From: Tubiluchus corallicola | Lineage: Eukaryota; Animalia; Priapulida | Direction: 5' to 3' | Assembly (NCBI GenBank): GCA_030141605.1 | Contig: JAQGDQ010000006.1 | Location: 1,575,067-1,639,066 of the forward strand | Length of the DNA stretch: 64,000 nt | Part shown: positions 11,391-27,579 of the stretch, in pieces | Position numbering within the stretch: position 1 is the first letter of the stretch | Layout of the letters: every line of letters begins with the position of its first letter | Position numbers and translations under genes: made by a program | Notes under the pieces: model-generated | Seen by the model: only the letters and a program-made list of their open reading frames with translations | What the model was told of the DNA's origin: nothing | Databases searched by the model: none

Positions 11391-12126
11391 TCACACATCG
11401 TCTTTCAAAGTCGCCATACAGTAATCTACATGGGTCTGTTCAGAAACGATCCTCTGACTATTTACTGCAGATGTGGTATAGTGTCCTATCCTGTCTCCAG
11501 GATACTTCAGCTTCTTACAACAAGACCCACTCATCACTATGGCTTTGAACCCTTGCCTGTATTTTCGGTTTAAGTAGGCATAGATGCACGGATTAATACA
11601 ACTATTTGCAGTGGAAACCCACTGAAGGACGGGAACAGCGTGATTGACGTAACTTAGTGCCACGTCATCAAAACTGTTGAAGTAATAGCCGATGAAGATG
11701 GCGTACAAAGGTAGCCAAGAAATGGCGAAAATCAAGACTACCACCAGAAGCATTTTGATGACTTGGATCCGTTGGCGACGGACAATATTCTCATACTCTC
11801 GAGCATCGCCGATTAAATCTCTTTTCCACACAGCCAAGAAAATGTTCATGTAACAAAAACTGATTGTTAAAAGTGGGGCAACATAGCAGAGGATGAAGAC
11901 ATTGAACAACAAATTCCACTTCATCGCGTGTTCGTACCCGTTCGGCCATTGTTCCATGCAGTAGCGTATGATTACTTGGCGATCTGCTGACGGATTATCA
12001 GTTATTTGGAAAAAAGCAAACCATGGAATAAAAAACGCCCCGGCGCAAATCCAGATGGCAGCACAAGCTTTTCTAGCTGTCCTCAATGTCATCTGAAATT
12101 TCATTGGGTGGCAAATGGCAAAGTAT
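11391..12126 (-). CDS. GPCR exon 3A (end of TM3 to TM7 and C-tail), terminal coding exon of cassette A
   Basis: Acceptor TTTTTCCAG|A completes R of DRY: RYFAICHPMKFQMT...CYVAPLLTISFCY...VIKMLLVVVLIFAISWLPLY...QWVSTANSCINPCIY...RKYRQGFKAIVMSGSCCKKLKY...DDV*. These motifs resemble arthropod SIFamide receptors as I recall them (VIKML..VV..F..SWLPLY; KSRSCCGRLRY). Confidence 0.93.
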
Positions 12127-12420
12127 CTGGAAAAATAACAATAAAGACAAAGTTATATGAAACTTGTTGGCTGATTGGAGTTGAACATATGTCAGATATA
12201 GCGGGGTTTTAACAAAACGGAGACAGGCTAGGAAATAGATAGAAGGTAACTACAGTTAGCAAACACTGACTAAACTGAAAAAGTTAACAAAAAATGTCTG
12301 ACCATTAAGTTGGATGTTGCTGATGACTTCATTCAATAAAACTATTTTCAATCCTGTAAGACGGCAACTTACTTTGCAAGACTACATTTACAAATGTCAG
12401 TGCCACTTTTGCAGGCTTAC

Positions 12421-12520
12421 CTATCAAGAGAAATTGCCACCAAAGTATACACAGATGTCGCCACCGACAAACCCTGAAGCCATGACACCAACTTGCATGG
12501 TATCATGCCGAACTGATAAC
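12421..12520 (-). CDS. GPCR exon 2A (ECL1-TM3), cassette A
   Basis: 100-nt exon, TATAG|GTTATC...GATAG|GTAAGC, phase 1 in and phase 2 out. Translates (S)YQFGMIPCKLVSWLQGLSVATSVYTLVAISLD(R), with the TM3 Cys and the start of DRY. Not shown as such in the ORF track. Confidence 0.93.
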
Positions 12521-14256
12521 CTATAATACAAAACACTCATGTTATAATAATAAACTAACAAAAATATCATTATGCATAAAACGATTATGCATAATTATAC
12601 ATAAATTATAACACTACATCAGCATAATTAATGTTAAACAATGCTAAACAATGTTAAACCCACAATAATTAATTAGCTATTGTCGTTGCTTATAGTTTTT
12701 GATCACATCAGTCAGTTAGGCACCTTCACAATAATTAATGTGTTTTAAAAAAATGTAAAACAAAAAGCAATTGTCACAATGCGATGTAATGTAAAATTTA
12801 TTTTAGTCGTAATTATAAGCACTGGGCAACTACATTACGACTGTAACAGTCAGTTACACAATAATAAGGCTTTCACAGTTTCGTTGTGCGCACGCGCAGT
12901 TGTTGTAGGTCGTAGGTTAAGTGTACCACAGCAACCCGTCGTATCTACAATCGTCACGTGACATGTGGGTAAAGTAAAGCCCAGTTCAGTAACGTCAGTG
13001 TTTTCGTGGACTTCACTTAACTGTGCAATAGTCTGTGCGGGATCTTGTTTGGGAACAAGAGAAAATGAATTAGAATTAATTACTAATCCAATAGCATGGA
13101 CTGCGAGGTGTGGTCAAGTGAACACAAATGCGTTGTCTGGTACATTTAACCTTTGACCTTTCCACGATCATCATCAATCGCTGGAACTGCGAAAAGGCTT
13201 ATTAACTGACTGTACAAGCTACTGCTATTACTATAGCTAATGCTGCTATAACTGCTACATTACCATTGCTATATAATAAACTAATTATATTAATTAATTA
13301 GCATAATTTAATTATTAGCAGTTTTCTGTATTAGTAATTATACCAATTAATCAGACCAACACTAGCAGTTAATTATCAGTATTATAATAATTCTCAATTG
13401 TTAAAACCTAATAACACTTATTATTATTATAAGGCATAATAATTCCGTTTTGTGCAATACAACACACAATTTAACAATTGCAGACTTATCATCATCAAGT
13501 TTACAAAAATCATGGCATGTAAATTCCCTGCTCACAAATAAAAAATTAAACACAGTTAATCATGCTTTTGTGTTTAAATTAATTGTATTTGCGGGCGCTT
13601 AGAACTGCAAGAATGTGTTGGTGACATGCAGTCCACTGCACCTACATGCAGTTTACATGCAGACACGTGACATGCATGCGATAGTTGTTCTGAAACGCAT
13701 AATAATTAATATGACGTTGAACGTTGGAGGTCTGTTTAATTTCTCGCAGCTTCAAAATGAAGCCATTAATTAGGTCGTCATTGCAGCACGATAAGTGCTC
13801 GGTTCAGCTAGAGATAATGACTTATCTTCATTATGTTAGTACGATGTGACGAAAATTACGTGTTTATTAAGCGAAAAACCATCACGCATACCGTAGATGT
13901 CAAAACCAGAAGTGCCCATTCTGAGAAAAGTAGGAAAAAATTATGGCAAATAATCATTTGCGGATGTCGTAGTAGCCAGTTAGTAAATGAATCAGCTACA
14001 CATAGTGATGATAACTGTTTATTTGGTATAATACAAAATGTAAAGGCATAACAACTCTTTTTGCAGTAGAACTTGAGTAAACACTTTTGTATCCAACTTA
14101 TACCTGATGTAAAAACTATACAACTGATTATGTTATAAAGTCACAATGATTGTATGTTAATGCATGCCCAGTTGGTTAATGGAATAAGTAGCATAAATAT
14201 GAACAATTCTGACAATTTCTCAGTCAAAAAAGCTTTTGTCGTTTTAACTTTAACAC

Positions 14257-14459
14257 TCATAGCTAGTTTATTGGACAACAAGCGTATTTTCTGTTGGGAG
14301 GTTGCGGGTTCGATACTACGGTGGGGTAATACAAACACTTTTTACGTGGCACCTGCCTGGGTGGATTAACGATTCTGTAATGTAGCTGTAGTTGTTATTT
14401 ACAGCCGCTGATAAACGCCTAGTGTTGTCTATTGAGTTTAAAACCATCTTTAAATAAAG

Positions 14460-14542
<83 letters not shown>

Positions 14543-14579
14543 TATTACTATTATTATTACTATTATTATTATTATTATA

Positions 14580-14652
<73 letters not shown>
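14257..14652 (+). mobile_element. tRNA-derived SINE with long (TAT)n tail
   Basis: TAGCTAG...GGTTGCGGGTTCGATAC (box A/B-like). Its 3' part CTGTAATGTAGCTGTAGTTGTTATTTACAG...AATAAAGATTATT is shared with 61940-62170. Confidence 0.6.
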
Positions 14653-14653
<1 letters not shown>

Positions 14654-17517
14654 AAGAAAAGCAAGGCCCTCTAGGAAGTTGGGCTTATTTCAAAAATGTT
14701 AGAAAGATTTAGTAATAAAATTGCTATAAGTGCTTCGTGTAATTAGTAAAATCTCCTTAAAATCGCGATCATTTCACGGTTGGGCGCTGCTATTTTTAAG
14801 GCCTGTTCTTCCCCTAATGACATCGTTCATCAAAAGCAGCCCACTCTTATTTGCCGTCAAAACTGTAAGTTTTCATAAAAAATTATACAGCTAATTTTTT
14901 GATATTTTTGTTCGAACATTAGGTATGCTGCAGAAGCTTGAATTAGTTTATGCAGCGCGTGCTTACGGAAACTTACGATGCGCTTACGAAAAGTCACGAA
15001 GTCCACCAGTTACGCCACAATTTCAAGTGAACGGTGGCAACCACCGCGCCGGAAAATTTCAAATAAAGCGAAAGTAAAAATTAACTTTATGCTTTATAGA
15101 CAATTTTTGCAATTTTACTTCTTATATTTTTCTACATTTAGGTGATAGCAGTAAAATAAACCCAACATGCTAAGTGACTTGTCATTTCTTTAAAGAAAAT
15201 AAGCCTAAAGGTAAAGACGAATGATGAAATATGCTTAGCTTTAGCAGGCAGCAACTTTCTTACACAAACTGTCACTAATAACATGTATTGTTATGGTCAC
15301 AGCAGCCCCGAGCATTTCCTTTATTCGAGATTTAGTAAACTTCAGCGTTTCTTACGTCTGTTGAAAAGTGCAGATCGAAATCCATTACGCTTGTTTGATG
15401 CTTCAGCGGTGTGCCTTTTCTAATTCACTTATCAGTCTGAAGCAGCGGAAATAAATTATGAGGAAAAGTTTACGCGGTGTGACGACACAATTACAGAGTG
15501 AGTCCACAGAATGGTGATGCTGCGGTCAGTGATTCCCAGTCGTCCAAATATTTTTCTTGAAACAACCGGTGATTTTCACTGAGTTGGTTGTTCTGAGATG
15601 AGGGAAGCAGAACAGCCGAGTGGCCACGGCGTGTACTTCGCGAGCAAGGCTAAGCCACGCCAGGCAGATGAATCAATCACTTGTGACCGCTTGTGTTCCA
15701 TACTCTCTCTTGGCGGTTTCATTGGCCATACGAACTGTGGATGTTTACGTTCGAAGACTAGACGATTTGAGTGCAGTGAGATGCAGCCCCAGCCGATTCA
15801 GTCCAACCTCATCCTAGCAGGTTAACTTCGTAATGAGTCACAAGGTGCAGAACGGTATAAAAAATAAAATACTCTTGGTAAAATGGCAAAAGGCAAGAAG
15901 GTCTCAGCTGGCTTTGAACCAGGTGTCTTCAGGTACACAGGTACTGTTCTTGCTGTCATCGCGTAATTTTCGTTGATTTAAAAGTGAACTCGGTAGAACT
16001 GAGAAACTTTGGCCCACCTTACAGTGAGGAGCATTCCTTGGGGCATTCCTCATGGAACACATTGTTTTTTATGGCGCATTTCATACAGACGTCTCATGTG
16101 GAAATCAGATAAAAAAGTTTGGGATTCGTGAAAACAGTACGGATAGCAATCGCAGCACGAGTGGACCATTTGTGTGGCAAGTTAACCCCGTAGTTTAAGA
16201 AAAAACGAAACCAAAACCAGGTTTTGTTTAATTTTCTGCATTCTGAGTAAAACGTTCAAATTTTTGATTTTTACAAAAACATTGGCCTATGAACGTTTTA
16301 AACTGAATTCACTTTTTTTAGGAATGGTAGCCTATTTAAAAATGTACAACATAAATATTATTTTTGCCTAAAAGAAACGTCAATATGTGTACTTAGTTAT
16401 ACTTATAAAGCTTTTTCATAATATATTTACTTTTAGTCTAAGTATCATGATGTAGCCAACATTGTTACAATTGTGTTTTTGAAAGCGTCATTTTCCTTGC
16501 GTCCTCAGTGTGAAGTGGGCCTTAGGAATTTATGTTCACCACGATCAGTGTTCTATTTTTTCGTTTTTGTAGTTGTTGCTATGGTCACGTTGTTGTCGTC
16601 ATTGTCATCATCATCGTCATCGTCATCGGAGCCTTTCAGACGTTTAGACACTACAGAAAGCAACATCATTTATGGTGCTCTCAAACTACACATATTGGTA
16701 AAGGGGTAAAGTTGCACAGTTCACATCATGCCGAGATATTTTTGGTTTGAACTTGTCGTAAGTCGATAGATTGACGAACAAGAACGAAGACAACTCCTAT
16801 AGAAAGCGAATACAGCCGCCAGCGGCAATCTAGGATAAATATCCCCTTGGAATCACTTAAGCGAGCGCCGAAGTAACGCGCTCAGTAATATTTATTTTGG
16901 GCAATACATTTTAGCTTGTAATTAGCTGTTTCAAAAATGCCATCTGCAATCGTAATATAAGATAATACTGTAATTAAAAATGTAACATACGTATTTTGTG
17001 GAATACGTATACATTAGTGCTGGATCCTGCATGCAATAGCCGCTGCTACAAAGTATGAGAAGCATTTTCATGCACTAATTTAAAAATGTGGTAAAGGCAT
17101 GCTTATTATTCGTAATATATAATGCAGTGCCAGTGCTATACATGTATAAATAACAACCAAACGTACCCATTGCAGCAGAAAGCGGTAACTTGCAGACGGT
17201 GTACAACCATAATCTCATTGTCCAGGTAAAATAAAAAAAATCTGGAGCCATCCACAAACGCACGTCGAACAGCAATAAAAACCGAGGGTAGAAAAAAGGA
17301 ATGCAAACCAAAGCAATAGAAAGCACATAAGCACGAAACAGGTGCGAGCCACAACATCTAGATTAAAATGCGAAAAATTGTAGCATGTTCTGAAAAACTT
17401 GTAGGGGCTTTGTGACAGATATTTAACTATGGTGCAGGCTGTGTGTTTTTGCACCATCACAATTTTAAAAAGATGTAAAATAACCACATTTTAAAGTATA
17501 TCACACTTAATACGCAG

Positions 17518-17760
17518 GATACAAACGGAGGTGTACCACAAGGATCCACTGTAGGACAACTGCTTTTTCTTAGCTACATCAATGATCTCTTTCTTATTAC
17601 TGATTTCAGTACATATCTTTTTGCTGATGACAGACCCCTTAATCAAATCCATCCACTAATTCATTTCAGTTCCAACATCACAATAACAGAGAGCTAACTG
17701 GATAGAAGCATACAAATTATCAGCTAATTACACCAAAATTAAATATATGATACTAATAAG
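17518..17760 (+). mobile_element. CR1/L2-group LINE reverse transcriptase fragment
   Basis: GVPQGSTVGQLLFLSYINDL...YLFADD, degenerate afterwards. Confidence 0.8.
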
Positions 17761-20700
17761 CAGCAAAGGATGTCTCTATTGGTGATCGCAAGATGTAAGG
17801 CATTCGCAGTACGGAGCACAAAAATAATTGGGAACAGATGCCCCTGTACGGTAAGTAGGTGTTTGTCAGGTGATGGATTGACTTCAAAGCCTTAAATACA
17901 GTCAGTTAACTTACGATCTTATACAACTTACGTGCCCTCTTGGCTGGTTGCTCGTTGTAACTAAATTATCACTAAGCCCCCGGTTCATTTGTTCATGCTA
18001 TGTTTCAGTTTATTGCTTTCTTGCCTGCTTTATAAAACCTATGCGAGCGAATGCAGTAATAAGAAGCAAAAAAATTTGCGTTTTGCCAAAAATAGCTGAA
18101 CTAGCAGTGCTGAGCTATATGTAATAGCTTTTTATAGTAGCTATTTAAAACGCAAAATTCGCCCACATAAATGGGTCACTGCAAAATTTTATACAAGGTG
18201 TCTAAAAAGTCAGTTTTGTAATTTTCGTGTAATTTAAGCAGGATTTCAAGTTTCTAAAAGTAGCAATAAATTACTCAGGATCTTCGTTGGCTTCAAGCTA
18301 CAACCAAAGAGCGTGGACAAAAGAAGCTCGATTCTAAATTCAGCAAGATTGGTGGATACTGTTTGACAGAAAACTGAATTACCTGAAGAAAATTAAATTG
18401 CGTGAGGAATGGTAACGAAATCAAGTCTCTTCATACGCCAGAAATTATTGTGAAACGAAAATTTTCCAATAAAAATCAAGACGAGTTGATTCCACGACAG
18501 AATGGTATTTGGTCAATATTAGCTTTTTGTTGAACTGAGCTGTTTTGTTTTGCTTAAGTTATGCTGTTTAACATAAACAGGCTTTTCCACTGTTTTTTGG
18601 TACTCCAAAAATTTATAGCAACAATAGCTATTGTGATGACTTGCAATAGCTATTATACTAAAACTAACGCTTTATACACCGTGTATGCATAGCTATAATG
18701 AAACCTAAAGGTAAGAATAACAGGGTAGTAATCATTGCGCACATCAAAGTCATCCATAAAAGAAAGACCTATTATAACGTAGGTCAGAAAAGTATTGTAC
18801 ACATACTTAAAAGTGCAATAGAAGTAATCTTGGCAGGTTATACTGAAAGGTGCTAATAGTTATTATTATAAAATACTATTAAATGATATTTTATAATATC
18901 ATATATATATAATATAATATCGTCTTTGTTTGTTATTGTTTAGGTCATTAATTAAGTCTTGTCCATGTTGAGCTTAGCTCATAAGTTAATTTCTTCTACT
19001 ACGCTCATAGCACTGCAATGCAATGTTAATTTGTAATTGTATAACTTTTGTATTGTGCTAAATTGATGAATAAATTAATCTAAATCTAAATATGTTTTAT
19101 AAACGTACAGGTTAACCAACTAAAGTAGGTCCCCACTGGAGAGTGCTACGACACTCGTAGATTATTTCTACTAATGCCATCATGCATCAGGGATTTGTAA
19201 ATTTAAATTTACAGTTTGCTGTAAAAATATAGTCAACCATTGGGACAATGAGCAACTGAGCTGTATATACTTCTAGGCACGTGTAAGTGAAATAAACTGG
19301 GAACCATTAAAGTTTTTGCTCCTCTGTGTGTGTGTGTGTACTGTAGACAAGCATAGAAATAGAATTATCATTTTTGTGAAGCTCAGACGCTTCTGATGCA
19401 GATCTCATTTGAATTCAGAGACGTGACCGTATTTTGCAAAACAAAAAAAAACTAGCTGAAGAGTCGATACGTCGCTTAACCAAACGTCCACAAAGCAGTC
19501 AGTTGTCAATACTCGTCGGTTGTAGTCACACTGTAAGTTCCAATATATACTAAAATTATCATCGTCGTCGTCGTCGTCGCCATCGTTGTCATCACCACCA
19601 TCATAATCAATATTCACTACCATGTGGCACCGCAACTAACACAAACATCAACGCCAACAACACTATCATTGCCACTAACGCCCCATGACCTTATTCAGCC
19701 ACCATTTTTAATTTTGCTGTTTAAATTTTTAACACCAACGGCAGCTAGAATGTCAGCTGCATTCAGTACGATTTACTACACGATGTTCACAATATTATAA
19801 CGCTTTGTTTCACTCTCCTTTCATCAACCCTACACCTGGAGTTTAATACTTTCATCTGAACGCACTGATTATTTTAAATTACCACACTTGTGTAAAAGAT
19901 CACGTTTCTGTGACAGACTTGATTGTATGGTAAAGCGAGCGAGTCATCGTTTAATCATGACACCTGAGGCATGGCAGTGATTAAAAGAATTGTCAGTAGT
20001 AGAACTAAAAATCATAATAAAGGTCATTCTCACAGAAGCACAATGGGGAAAATAATTATACTGCAAGTCTGTAATTTGAGTGAAAGTCAGATTCAAATGT
20101 AAAGATGAATGATCATTGTTATCTATGTATAGTATTAAATGTTGACTTCATGGTTGTTGATGTTGGCACAGCAGTTGCTGCTGCTGCTGCTGCTGCTGCT
20201 GCCCTACTTTTGCTGCTCCTGTTCCTGTTGTTTTTTGCTGTTACTGCCGTTGTTGCTGTTGCTGTAATATTCTGGAATTTGTGATTAAGTACGAACGTAT
20301 TGCCAATGTCTAACTCGCTTTTGTACTAGAAATATTCAATCTGGGTGATGTACCAGACAGGCTGATGAAGTAGCTGTTATTGTTGGTGTTGCTGTTGTTT
20401 CTAAAATTCTATTTCAACTGCCTTTTTATAAATTTTGACGTCATTTTATGTCACAGTTTTCTGAAATTCTGTCCCTATAACAATTCTGCTTTTGCCGCTG
20501 ATTTGCGCAAATCTTCATTGAAACGCCGCCTGGTGACAGTAATCATCAGCTGTCATTGGCACGGCCTTTGTTGTCATTATTCTTGAGTGACACTACAACA
20601 AGTCTACATAAGCCAAAAAAAATCTAAGTCCAAAAATGTATTAGAATGCGCAGTTAAGTGACGTTTCGTTCGAAATTCAAAAATTTTACATAATTCTAAT

Positions 20701-20935
20701 AAAATACCTCCTAGTGTGCATCATTCGTAGATAGATGTTGAAAATCCAAACTTGTTAGACATCTTATATGTAAAACCAAATTACCTGCAACACGTTTTAG
20801 TCATTGTGGTGACGTTTTTACTGACAGCAGCAAAGGACACAGTGAAGCGGAATTTAGTGATGGCAGTGGCGTTTGCTGCAATGATTATAATGAAACTAGG
20901 GTAACAGTGATAATTACGATGATGACGACGATGGT

Positions 20936-20947
20936 GATATAATAATA

Positions 20948-20996
<49 letters not shown>

Positions 20997-21055
20997 CGAT
21001 GATGATGACGACGACGACGATGATAATGATGATGATGATGATGATGATGATAACA
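20936..21055. repeat. (GAT)n microsatellite
   Basis: Direct reading. Confidence 0.95.
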
Positions 21056-21304
21056 TAGTGATTTACATAATACATGTTATTGTAGCCTTAGTTCTGCTTA
21101 AGAATCACACTTTGCCAATGAATGCCGCTATCCCTCTATTATTCATAATATCATTGCGATTGCTGTTATGGTTTCTCCTAAAAGCTGTATTTTATTAAAA
21201 TAAATTCATAACCTCGTACTACTCAAATTATTTTATTATAAATTTATAGATGTGTCTGATGTTGTATTCTTTGATGTGTGGAAATAAATTCATAGTCATA
21301 ATCA

Positions 21305-21850
<546 letters not shown>

Positions 21851-22711
21851 AATGGTAATGCTGCTAACGATAAAGATGGCGATGTGGCAGTGGTTAAGAT
21901 AACGACTGAAATTTATGACACTTATTACAAATATCATATCACTTAGTTTAAGGGAATCAAACTGTGCTTAAAGCGAACATTTCCTAAGAAGGGCAGGACT
22001 AACCTGCCCCGCTAATGCCCTATACGGTTTTAAGCAATATAGGATTTTGCGGTTATTGTCTTACGTGATTGCCGAAAAAATTTCTCCTAGGCGGCCTCCC
22101 AGGGAACTCGGATTTCAGTGTTCAATAATCATTTCAACGCAACCTATTACGGCAAATTTCTATCATAATTTCTTAACGTTAAATGATTTATATTTGACAT
22201 TTTGCGATATAAATCCCAAACGACTACACTGACAATAGACGTTCAAAATCACCTTGGATTTTGATTGTAATACAATCTTTGCACAGTAACTTCATATGTT
22301 TTTACCCAAAATTGACATTAGAATATTATAATATAATTTTATCGCTGCAAACTGACAGTATTTAGACACTCCTTCTAGAAGTGAAAATTGCTAGACATCT
22401 TTGAGCGAAATATATGAAGAAGAACAGGTGGAAGAACAAGAAAAAGAACAAAAAATGAAGGAAGAGAAGGAGAAGGAGGGCTGGTCTTATATATGCAACT
22501 GAGGAAGCGCAGGGGTAGATGGTTACGGTAGAGCCCTCTTCCCTCCTCCCATAGCAAGTAAGTAAGATCTTTATTTACCATAACAAATAATCGTAGCAAA
22601 TAATTAAGAAACCTAATCAGTGAATGTTTTAAAAAACATACACTGTTAGAGGCAAATGAGACAATGGAAAAGCTAAACTACACGTACAAATAACAAAACA
22701 GAACTTTAAAC

Positions 22712-23257
22712 TTAAAGGAAGACAGGATGATTTTTCATATACCACCCCATTTTCAAGTCTGATAAAACGTGTACATTTTAACACAATTAATACTGCAAAA
22801 GCGTTTCTGATAATTAAATAATAGATTAAAAACTTAGATCCCAACTATTGATGACAGACACAAACTAACATAATTTTCAACAACAAAAATATTCGACGAG
22901 CGTGTTGCACGTGTTGGCGAAAGCGAAAATTGAACTGCAGTACTACCGTAAGATATTCAGAATTTCAAATTTACCGTTGTGCTCACGCATGAGCTGTCGA
23001 ACGTGTGTAGTTCGTCACAAACTAACACATCTGAACTGAGAGGTACAGCACCTGTTTTTGTGCAATGCGTTTCTAAAATGCAGGCGCTAGTGCCTCTCTA
23101 ACTAGCGAATGGCGAAATGCGTGTAACAGCGAAGAACTAGTATCAAAAATGTGAAATTGTGTTTGTGTTGTAATAACTCTAGTACGTTTCCTTTCAATAT
23201 TTTAAAGAATAGACTATTTTGACCTACAGTTTAAGATTGGGTCCGAATTTGCTTTAA
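22712..23257 (+). mobile_element. TTAA-flanked non-autonomous DNA transposon, family B (Kolobok-like termini)
   Basis: TTAA|AGGAAGACAGGATGATTTTTCATAT ... GATTGGGTCCGAATTTGCT|TTAA; repeated at 45805, 47840, 58831 and inverted at about 62360-62760. Confidence 0.75.
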
Positions 23258-24279
23258 ACTTTACATATTAACAAACTGACTAAGATCAGGTATTGAATTA
23301 AAAATGAGTAGTCCTAGAAACACGACCAGAAAGATCTGTTCATGTGGAACATGACTAGTAAATTCCCAACACAAGTGGGAGTCGAACCCAAAACCTTTGA
23401 ATCAGCACACATAGAAAGACGACCACTGCAAATTACTGTAAATAAATTTGATAAATAAAATAAACGAATTTGCAGATAAATACATAGAGCTTACAAAGAA
23501 CACACTTTTGACTCCTGTTCGTTTATCTGCCGCCATCTTGTTGCAGACAAAGTTTGCTGGTATATCCCTCCAGTGACCCTGTGTTTCCACAAATTTCCCT
23601 TCTTTTTGTGGGAACAGCGGGAAAAATTGCTATTTAAATTTTGCGGCAATGGCGGCATTTCTATACACATTGATTGAGTTGAAATTTTAAATTATAAATT
23701 AATTCATAATTTAAGCGTTTGTTGATTATTCAGCGGTAGATCAAGAATTACTGGACATTTAAGAGAAATTAAACTTGGCACGATTACTGCGCCATTTTCA
23801 GTCATTTTTCCTTTGTAAATAATTAGTCTTGTAAACAGAAATTCATCGACGTTTCGTTTCACGTTCAATGTCGCTAAATTTCTGTTAAATTTCTGTTAAA
23901 AAGAATAATAATTGCAACTGAGGTATACATTATGGGTATGCATATGGCCTTATATTTATTTTCTTAATACTAATGCCATTTTGACTTGGAATATTTGCCC
24001 ATTGGACTATACATTTACTAACCTTTTTTTAAATGTTTAGCTTACTAATCCTCTGTTCTTTGTGGAAATATTTATTTTATTTGTCATGCAGTAAATGTCC
24101 TAAATAGTGATTTTTAATTAAGCTTTGTTTATTGCATTTGTTTATTGTTTGTTTGTGGCATTTATTGTAGTATTAAAACACAAGGATTGTCAATAATTAC
24201 TTTATGAGATCAGATCTATTAAACTAAGCAAAATGACAAATTTTCTTTTTAACGATGCCAAGAAGCCTACAAAGCATCC

Positions 24280-24680
24280 ACCACCACCATCATCCAATGA
24301 ATCACACGTCCAGGGACATGATTCTGCTCACCTCTCTATGCCAGGTCTCCCTGCTCGCCGCAGTGCCCCAAGTGCATTTATTTCTAAGGATCAATGCTGA
24401 AGTGTTTAAATCTTTCTGTGCAAAATCTAAATATGTTAACATTTGTCCCCTGCAGGTTTTTTAGCTGGTTCTATGGCTTGTTGAAGAGCTATCTTCACTG
24501 GAATATCATCAGGTAGTCTAAACATATGCCCAATCCATCTTAAACGGCGTCTTTTTATTTTTCTTGTCCAAGGTTCTTCTTTTATTTTTTTCATATAGAT
24601 CTTTGTTTGAAATTTTCTTTGGCCATCTAATACCCAAAATGTTTCTGTAATTTCGCCTTTGAAACACATCGATTTCAAAA
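24280..24680 (-). mobile_element. RTE-like LINE 3' fragment (frameshifted)
   Basis: IDVFQRRNYRNILGIRWPKKISNKDLY then, in another frame, IKRRRLRWIGHMFRLPDDIPVKIAL; short (GGT/GAT)n tail. Confidence 0.75.
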
Positions 24681-25888
24681 TACGGCCACTCTTTCACTGC
24701 GCCAAAACAATGGTACAAATCTTTTTGATTGCCGAAAGTCACTAAATCACTCACATTCAACTCAATTTATTCACACCTATTGTGAACTGAAATATACGTA
24801 AAATAAATAAAAATACATAGGATGTTTAAAAAATAAAGATATAGTGTTAGTTTCTTGCTTGAAATAGGTTTCAATTGCTTCTATTCGTGTTTCCGGAAGC
24901 TTAGTGCGTTTTCATTTCATTTGATAAGTAAAAGTATGTAAATATGTTAAAAAAAACTCATTTCTGGTATTTACTGGTTTCGATACAGTAAGTTTATACA
25001 GCCAAATTCGCTTGTGCAATTGAATAGAATTGATTCACGCGATTTCACGTTGTATATCACGCAATAAAAACTGTTTGTTTTGTCATTTATCTTGTATGTC
25101 TGAAATTGTTTCAACAAATTTTAAATCTCCATCAGAGCATACATTAATCAAAACGTCAAGGACCAATTATAGAAGTATTTACACTCTAAATCATCATCAT
25201 CATATGCCCATTACGTCTATTGTGTCTCTATTGCAGAACTCTAAAATAAAAGAAATCTTCTCTCAAGACAGGTAAACGCAGCAGTAATCAAGCAAAAAAC
25301 TAGATACTGCTATGCCAGTGACTTGTCAGTGATCGAAATAACACAATATGGAATATCTTCAAAATACTGAAATGGAAAAGCTTTATTGATTTGTTACTTT
25401 TTGAACGCTCTGCCTTTATCACAACTCGATGACTTTAGCCAATCAAAACAAAGTCATTTTCTCATAACTAATAAAAAGAATAAATTCATGTCCAGGACGT
25501 TTTGCGCGTCTGAAACGACGCAGGCAGTTTTGCAAGACGTTTTAATACTTTTCCTCCTTTGAAGTCCGTCTCCTGTGGAATTTATAGTTCGCTTAATTGA
25601 GAAGTTGTTTGTATATGGTCTGCATACTGTAATAAATTTCCTTATTCAACTAAACTCCATGTTAAATTGTTTCGCAATTTCTACTAGCGCAGCATCAAAA
25701 TAAATTGCGTATATTTTTTGCACGTACAATAATTCAAGAGAGTTGCAGCGTCGTTATATTTCTGCATGAGGAATTCATCTAAACAGATAAGTATTAGAAC
25801 GCAATTTATGCGGTGAAATTGTTTACATCTTATAACTTTAATCGTCGTCGCCATCGCCGCCACAAGAGATGCCAAAGAAGAGCGCACA

Positions 25889-26731
<843 letters not shown>

Positions 26732-27249
26732 ATAACCGTTTCCAACGTTTGACCGCACGCTAAGCATGACAGGTTTGATGAAACGTAAGGCTTCCGCCAA
26801 GGTATAAAATTTAAGAAAATTAATCATCACTGAAAACCAATTCGACTAAAGGTTCTAAAATTTTATTAAAACTGATGAGATGTTGAACTAATTGAAAAAG
26901 GGGAACACATATAAATGTTCACCGCTATCTAATAGACTTCTGAAACAACTAAAAACTTCACAAGCTTCCCTGTTACGGGCGTCACGTGACAGTCTGTACT
27001 TGTTACTTGCATGATATGATGACGTTCACGGTGACATTCGTCGACAAGCACTGAACCGAACGTGTGCTTACAGACATCCCATAACTAAAGCCCTGAGGAG
27101 CTCGCAAATTCTGAATTAAAGTATATATACGTATTTGGCAGGAAAACGAAAAATTTTTGCAAACTATAAACCGCATTCAGTGAATTTGCAAAATACTGCA
27201 GCTTTCTTTGATACTTATTTAAGACCCATCAGACTTTCTGTTTTCATTA

Positions 27250-27495
<246 letters not shown>

Positions 27496-27579
27496 TACAT
27501 TTGTTTATTTATTTACTATTTTATTTATACTTTTAAACTAGTTTCCGAAGCTGGCAGGTCTTTCAAAAGAATAAACAGA

